Shown here: positions 59,403 through 64,000 of the stretch, piece after piece
Layout of the letters: every line of letters starts with the position of its first letter
How positions within the stretch are numbered: the first letter of the stretch is position 1
From: Stylophora pistillata
Taxonomy: Eukaryota
Length of the DNA stretch: 64,000 nucleotides
Assembly: GCF_002571385.2 (NCBI RefSeq)
Contig: NW_019217964.1
Location: forward strand, 127,829 to 191,828
Direction of reading: 5' to 3'
Made by a program: the position numbers and the translations under genes
Notes under the pieces: model-generated
The model's input: only the letters and a program-made list of their open reading frames with translations
The model's database searches: none
What the model was told of the DNA's origin: nothing

Positions 59403-59580
59403 CAGGGGTTTCGTTAAGGGCCTGGGCACCAGGCAAATTCACCGGTTGTGACCACGGTTTTGCCCACCTGGTTTGACGATCTGGAGGAAAGTTTACCTTA
59501 TAAAGAAGTTCAGTTTAAAAGCTTTTGCCAACCTGTGAAAATCAGTTGCCCTCCTGCCAAAAACATTAATGAAACCCCTG
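59403..59580. mobile_element. Short MITE (hAT-like termini)
   Basis: TIRs CAGGGGTTTCGTTAA / TTAATGAAACCCCTG; second partial copy at 10.26-10.41 kb. Confidence 0.75.
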
Positions 59581-59584
59581 TTAA

Positions 59585-60171
59585 GGTGATTCCTCGGTAA
59601 TGCAATTCACATCCTGTACTGCGCAAAAAAATCAAGCGTTTCAATCAATGGACCAAACGAGCACGGTCGCCTAAAATTCTTTAGTGCATAATTTTTCTGT
59701 ATATATTATCCCCTTTCAATTGCAGAAATTCATGAAAAATTCATCGAAGGGAAAAAAAGATCTAGCTAAAAGTGTGCACGAAGCCGATGAGGATTCAAAT
59801 TATGACCTTGAAAGCAACGACTAGAGAAACGTTTTGAGTCTTTGTCGTTTAAAATTGCGTGATTTTTCCACATAGTATATATCACATTGTTCCATACTCT
59901 CGTGACTTTCTATCTATTAAGTTTCTTTCAAGTGTTACTTTAGAAACCCTAGCTTCCAGCTACCGCAAAATGTACCGTGACACCGATGAAATAACGCGCG
60001 CGATTAATGCCAGTACAGGTAAACAATGGGGTTAGTTTGGCCCGTCAAGTCTCTTAAACAAGCACGGTGACTTTTGTTTTCAATGTATTTTTCGAAACAG
60101 GCATCGGTAGGGAACATTTAAGGAAAGTTTTAAAAAGATTGGTCGATAACATTTTTTTCTGAGGAATCACC
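59585..60171. mobile_element. Non-autonomous TTAA-targeting DNA transposon (Kolobok/piggyBac-like)
   Basis: TIRs GGTGATTCCTC / GAGGAATCACC; left flank TTAA, right flank degenerate (TCGA). Confidence 0.55.
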
Positions 60172-60756
60172 TCGATAACAAAAAGGGTTTGAATTGTTTA
60201 CAATTGAGAATTATTTGTGATGTGGCTCCAAACGAAGCTGAATAAGTCAGTTAATATGCTCATTGATTTCTCCCGCTTTCATCCTATTGGTCGCTATCGG
60301 TTCTAAGTGCTTGGGGTAACTTCTAGTCTACAAACTTAAAATTTAATATAAAAATATGAGATTGTTGTCCGTTTAATCTAAGAGCCCAACTTGTTTGGTT
60401 ATACAAATTCCTCTTTCACTGAGTAAAATTTAAAAACTTCAAGGGACGACTTTCTGTTCTAAGGAGTTTGACGTGACGTATACATGACAGCCTGCTGACT
60501 ACAAGATTAGTAAAATAGCCCATGCTCTCAAAACTGGTTGGGTAATGAAAACCATTAAAGTGCCACAATATTTTGACATTTCAATTCCACTGGATATAAA
60601 AAGTCCTAGAACTAAAATTGAGCTAAGAATTTAAAATTCCTCAAACAAGAGGAAAGTCAATTTTTAATCACCAGATAATAACGACTGTCTATAAAACGTT
60701 GGTGAGTAAAAAGTGCCTCTTACTTCCCATACCTGGCATGAAGTCTGTTCACAGAT

Positions 60757-63700
60757 TTATTTTGCAGTATTTGTCTTTCCAAGAAGTTTCCTGAGTCTGT
60801 CATATCGCCCTGATACTGGTTGAAGGTTGCCATATATTGGATCCAGCCACATTACTCTGTCCTCAAAACTCATTTTCTGCAACACAGTGCTGTTGGTGTA
60901 AAATCTTGAAAGTGCATCCAAAGGCAGCTGCACAGATGGTTTAGGGGGAGGAGACAGCTTGGGCTGTGTTGTTGCCAACACAGAATCTAAAGGTTCTCTT
61001 AGCCACCAGCCAGGTGTCACCTAGGGGTAATCATCTGCAACTTCCTCTTCTGTCTCCTCCATCTCACTCTCGTCCACGTCTTCAAGCTCCCCCTCCTCAT
61101 CAGAGACAACCTCTCCTTCTTCCACACTCCTCCGGACCTTCCTTCTTATTTTCTGAGGTTTGGCTTTATTAGTGGCACTACTTGCTTCTGGGTGTAGTTC
61201 CTTTGAGGTGGAAGGAGTGGGTTTGCTTGCAGAGTGTTTCCTGTATTGCTGAAGAAGTTCCTGTTCTTGTGTTCCATACTGAACACCAGGGTGAGAGGGA
61301 GAGTAGCCACCACTGCTGTCAACAACAACATCTTCTTGCATGTCATCATACTTTGTTCTTTTGGTGGCAGCAGGATTATGTGGAAGGACTGTTGAGCCCA
61401 GCACTAAGGAAGCATTTGTTTCACCTAGCACAAAACAGCAAACAGTTTCTGAATAAAAAAAATTTGAGCTGACATTGAAGACCTAAGCATAAGCATTAAG
61501 TATTACATTAACTCAGCCCAAGACAAGCAATAATTATTGTTTCAGTATAATGTGGGAACTGAATAACTGAAAAATCAGATTCTCTTGATCACCACATTCA
61601 TAGAGGTAACAACAAAACCAATAGCATTGCTGGAAACTCTTCAATTGTGTTAAAAATTGCTCCTGTAGAAACCTAAAACCCTAAAAATGAAATGACTTAC
61701 AGCCCAGCCCTGAATTTGGTTTAGTGATGCTGATCTTCAAAGAAGTTCCTTCTCATTCATACAAATTATTTCCCAAGTTCATTAAATACCTGGACATTAT
61801 TTTTAGTGTTTTAATCACTTACTGCAAACAATCCTGCTCTGAGTCAATGATAATGATAATGATAATGATATGATAATGATAATGATAATGATAATGATAT
61901 GATAATGATAATGATATGATAATGATGATATGATAATGATATGATAATGATATGATAATGATAATGATAATGACTTTATTTTTAAGAGGGTAGCACATAA
62001 CAGTTCAAGTACAACTGATGACCCTGTGGCCCTCTATCCCCATCCATCCCACCCCAGGGGAGGACATCCACCACACAGTAATCTCGTGCGTGGGAAATTA
62101 ATGTCTCCTGCCCCTAACCCTACGGGAGACGGGACCTCCATTTATTCGTCCTTATCCGAGTAGACTAGAAACTAAGGTAGCAAATTCTTCTCAGTTCTTT
62201 AAAGACCTTGAGTGTTGGTCCGGCCGGGGCTCGAACCCTCGACCTCCCGCACAACAGTCCAGCACTCTATCCATTGAGGTAACCAACTGGCTTACACTGC
62301 TGAAGATTTGTCTTGTCTAAGTAGCAGGAAGTGACTTAGTGCAATGCTACTCCAAAAAAATCATACAGCTGACTGAGATATCAATAACCCTTTAGTTGAG
62401 CCAAGCTAGATAGAAAGGATTGGGCACATCCAAAAGAAGGTTTGTCATAACACACACAATACACTAGTACAAGAAACTAACATTCTTTCCTTCTAATTAT
62501 TTCACTGTTAATATATTAAAACAGTCAATAAAATCTAACCATCTTCCTCAACATCCATGTCCTGCTCTTCCCGATCCAGTTCCACTCTTTTTCGTTTCCT
62601 GTCACTGCCTAAAGCAGCAGAGTTTGATGACATTCCTCTCATGTGCACATACTTGGCCACTAAATTGTCAATCTGCTGATGAGGCAGCATTGGAGGAGCT
62701 CCCACCTCAGCACAACTGTCTCTAACACCTGTAAAATCACAATCAATTCTTTGACTCCCAGAAGTGATTAACATACAACCTCTCCTGATAATATTAATAT
62801 TAATACATTATCCAGCAAACAGGTAATAAGAATATTTCAAAACTTGTCAGATTGGAGTTTATCTTGATCTAACACCCAATTCTTGAAATTAGTTTAGAAC
62901 AAAATGTGCAGCAACTTAGGTGAGGGGGGGGACCAACAGTCAGATCTTGGGACTAAAAGGGTTAGCACTTTGAATTCAACTGTGACATAATAATACATGT
63001 AACTGATCCATCATTTCTTAAGTGACTTTTTTCCCTTCCCAAGTAAGTACAAATTTAACATTAGGCTTGTAAAAGGTGAGATACAATTATAATATTAAAT
63101 GTAAACTTGTGCTTTTGTTAAGAAATCCACTTCTTGTAAGTAATGGCATTGGAAATAAAGAAATGGTTTGTGTTATCCAAATAAGGTCACATATCCATTT
63201 AGGCAGGATAAAACTTTTGTTTCATAAAATTTGTAAGACAAAGACAGCTTTTTGCATCATTTCCATAAGCTGTAAGTAGATTTACACATAAATATTGAAG
63301 AAAAAGCCTACCAAAATTCATGTACACGACGCTGAACCTTAACAATTTAATACAAGCATCAATTTTAATAGATGTTTGTCTACAAAATTCCTCTTTGCTT
63401 TTCCGTTTGGGAAATTTAGAGTGAGTGTCTAAGAATGAAAAGAACCCTTGGATACCAAATTTTTCAATTATATTTCTTACATCCTGCTTCTTTTATTCCC
63501 TTTTTCAAAGGAAATTTATATATTTGTGTTAGTGAAATATCAGTGAGTATAACCTTATTTCATAATTATTCCCTTAAAAGCAACTGGCCAAACCTAGGAA
63601 TAATGAAACTGACACCACTCAGTGAGCTTTGATGAAACTGATTAGAGCACTTCTTTCCAATTTTCTAGGTATGCAACATTAGGTTATTAAAAATACCTCC

Positions 63701-64000
63701 TTCTTACTATCTTCTGCAAGGTACAAACTCACCTTCTGGTAAGGGAATATTGAATCCTGGGTATTCAATGAAAGAACTTCTAAAGTGTTCTTCATTCTCG
63801 TGTTCATCTTCCTCCTCAATGTAATCATTTATGCTGCCATCTCCATCATAAATAAGCAAACTTGGTTTCACAGTCTTTGGTAAATACCCTGGTGGATAAC
63901 CCAAATGTCTCATTCGGTAAATGTATGGTGGCAAATCTTGCTCTGTGATTCCGAGTGCTTCCCTTAGCTCATCAGTAATCAACCCTGGTTTGAACCTTCC
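60757..64000 (-). CDS. ZCCHC8: Zinc finger CCHC domain-containing protein 8 (NEXT complex), 3' portion; exons >64000-63733, 62728-62540, 61424-60757 (in-frame TAG at 61023-61021)
   Basis: PSP domain FKPGLITDELREALG...LPPYIYRMRHLGYPPGYL and YPGFN motif; C-terminal GNLQPVSGRYDRLRKLL resembles the conserved ZCCHC8 C-terminus. Confidence 0.88.
61846..61972. repeat. (GATAAT)n-type microsatellite, probably the tail of the adjacent SINE
   Basis: Directly visible; abuts the 3' end of the SINE. Confidence 0.9.
61973..62291 (-). mobile_element. tRNA-derived SINE family 1, full-length copy in a ZCCHC8 intron
   Basis: Minus-strand head with B box gagggttcgagccccggccggacc; shared core; microsatellite tail. 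Confidence 0.8.

Overview
Eukaryotic, AT-rich, intron-containing animal DNA; the gene content and repeat families suggest an anthozoan cnidarian, most likely a stony coral (inference). Recognisable genes: TSEN34, a 10-coding-exon HHAT (MBOAT), a 9-exon WDR92/DNAAF10, a REEP5/6-like gene, an RNF41/RNF151-like RING gene, the 3' part of ZCCHC8, a small EF-hand gene and a 5-Ig, probably GPI-anchored adhesion protein. The most striking unexplained feature is a tandem cluster at 10.9-19.8 kb of two intact genes and one pseudogene. They encode secreted precursors (signal peptide, prodomain, RxxR cleavage site, 14-Cys mature domain with CG and EHDxCC motifs), and the two mature peptides carry opposite charges. 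Two intronless genes have unusual architectures: SH3 + YxxP-rich region + DC-STAMP + C4C4 RING, and signal peptide + TPM + TM + RING + Gly-rich tail. There are also in-frame stops upstream of coding-like sequence (ZCCHC8, EF-hand gene), a Mutator-like non-autonomous element, triple-nested transposons containing a minimal hammerhead ribozyme in an HHAT intron, SINEs, MITEs and a 30-bp minisatellite spanning an assembly gap. All exon structures were derived by eye from GT-AG sites and frame continuity.
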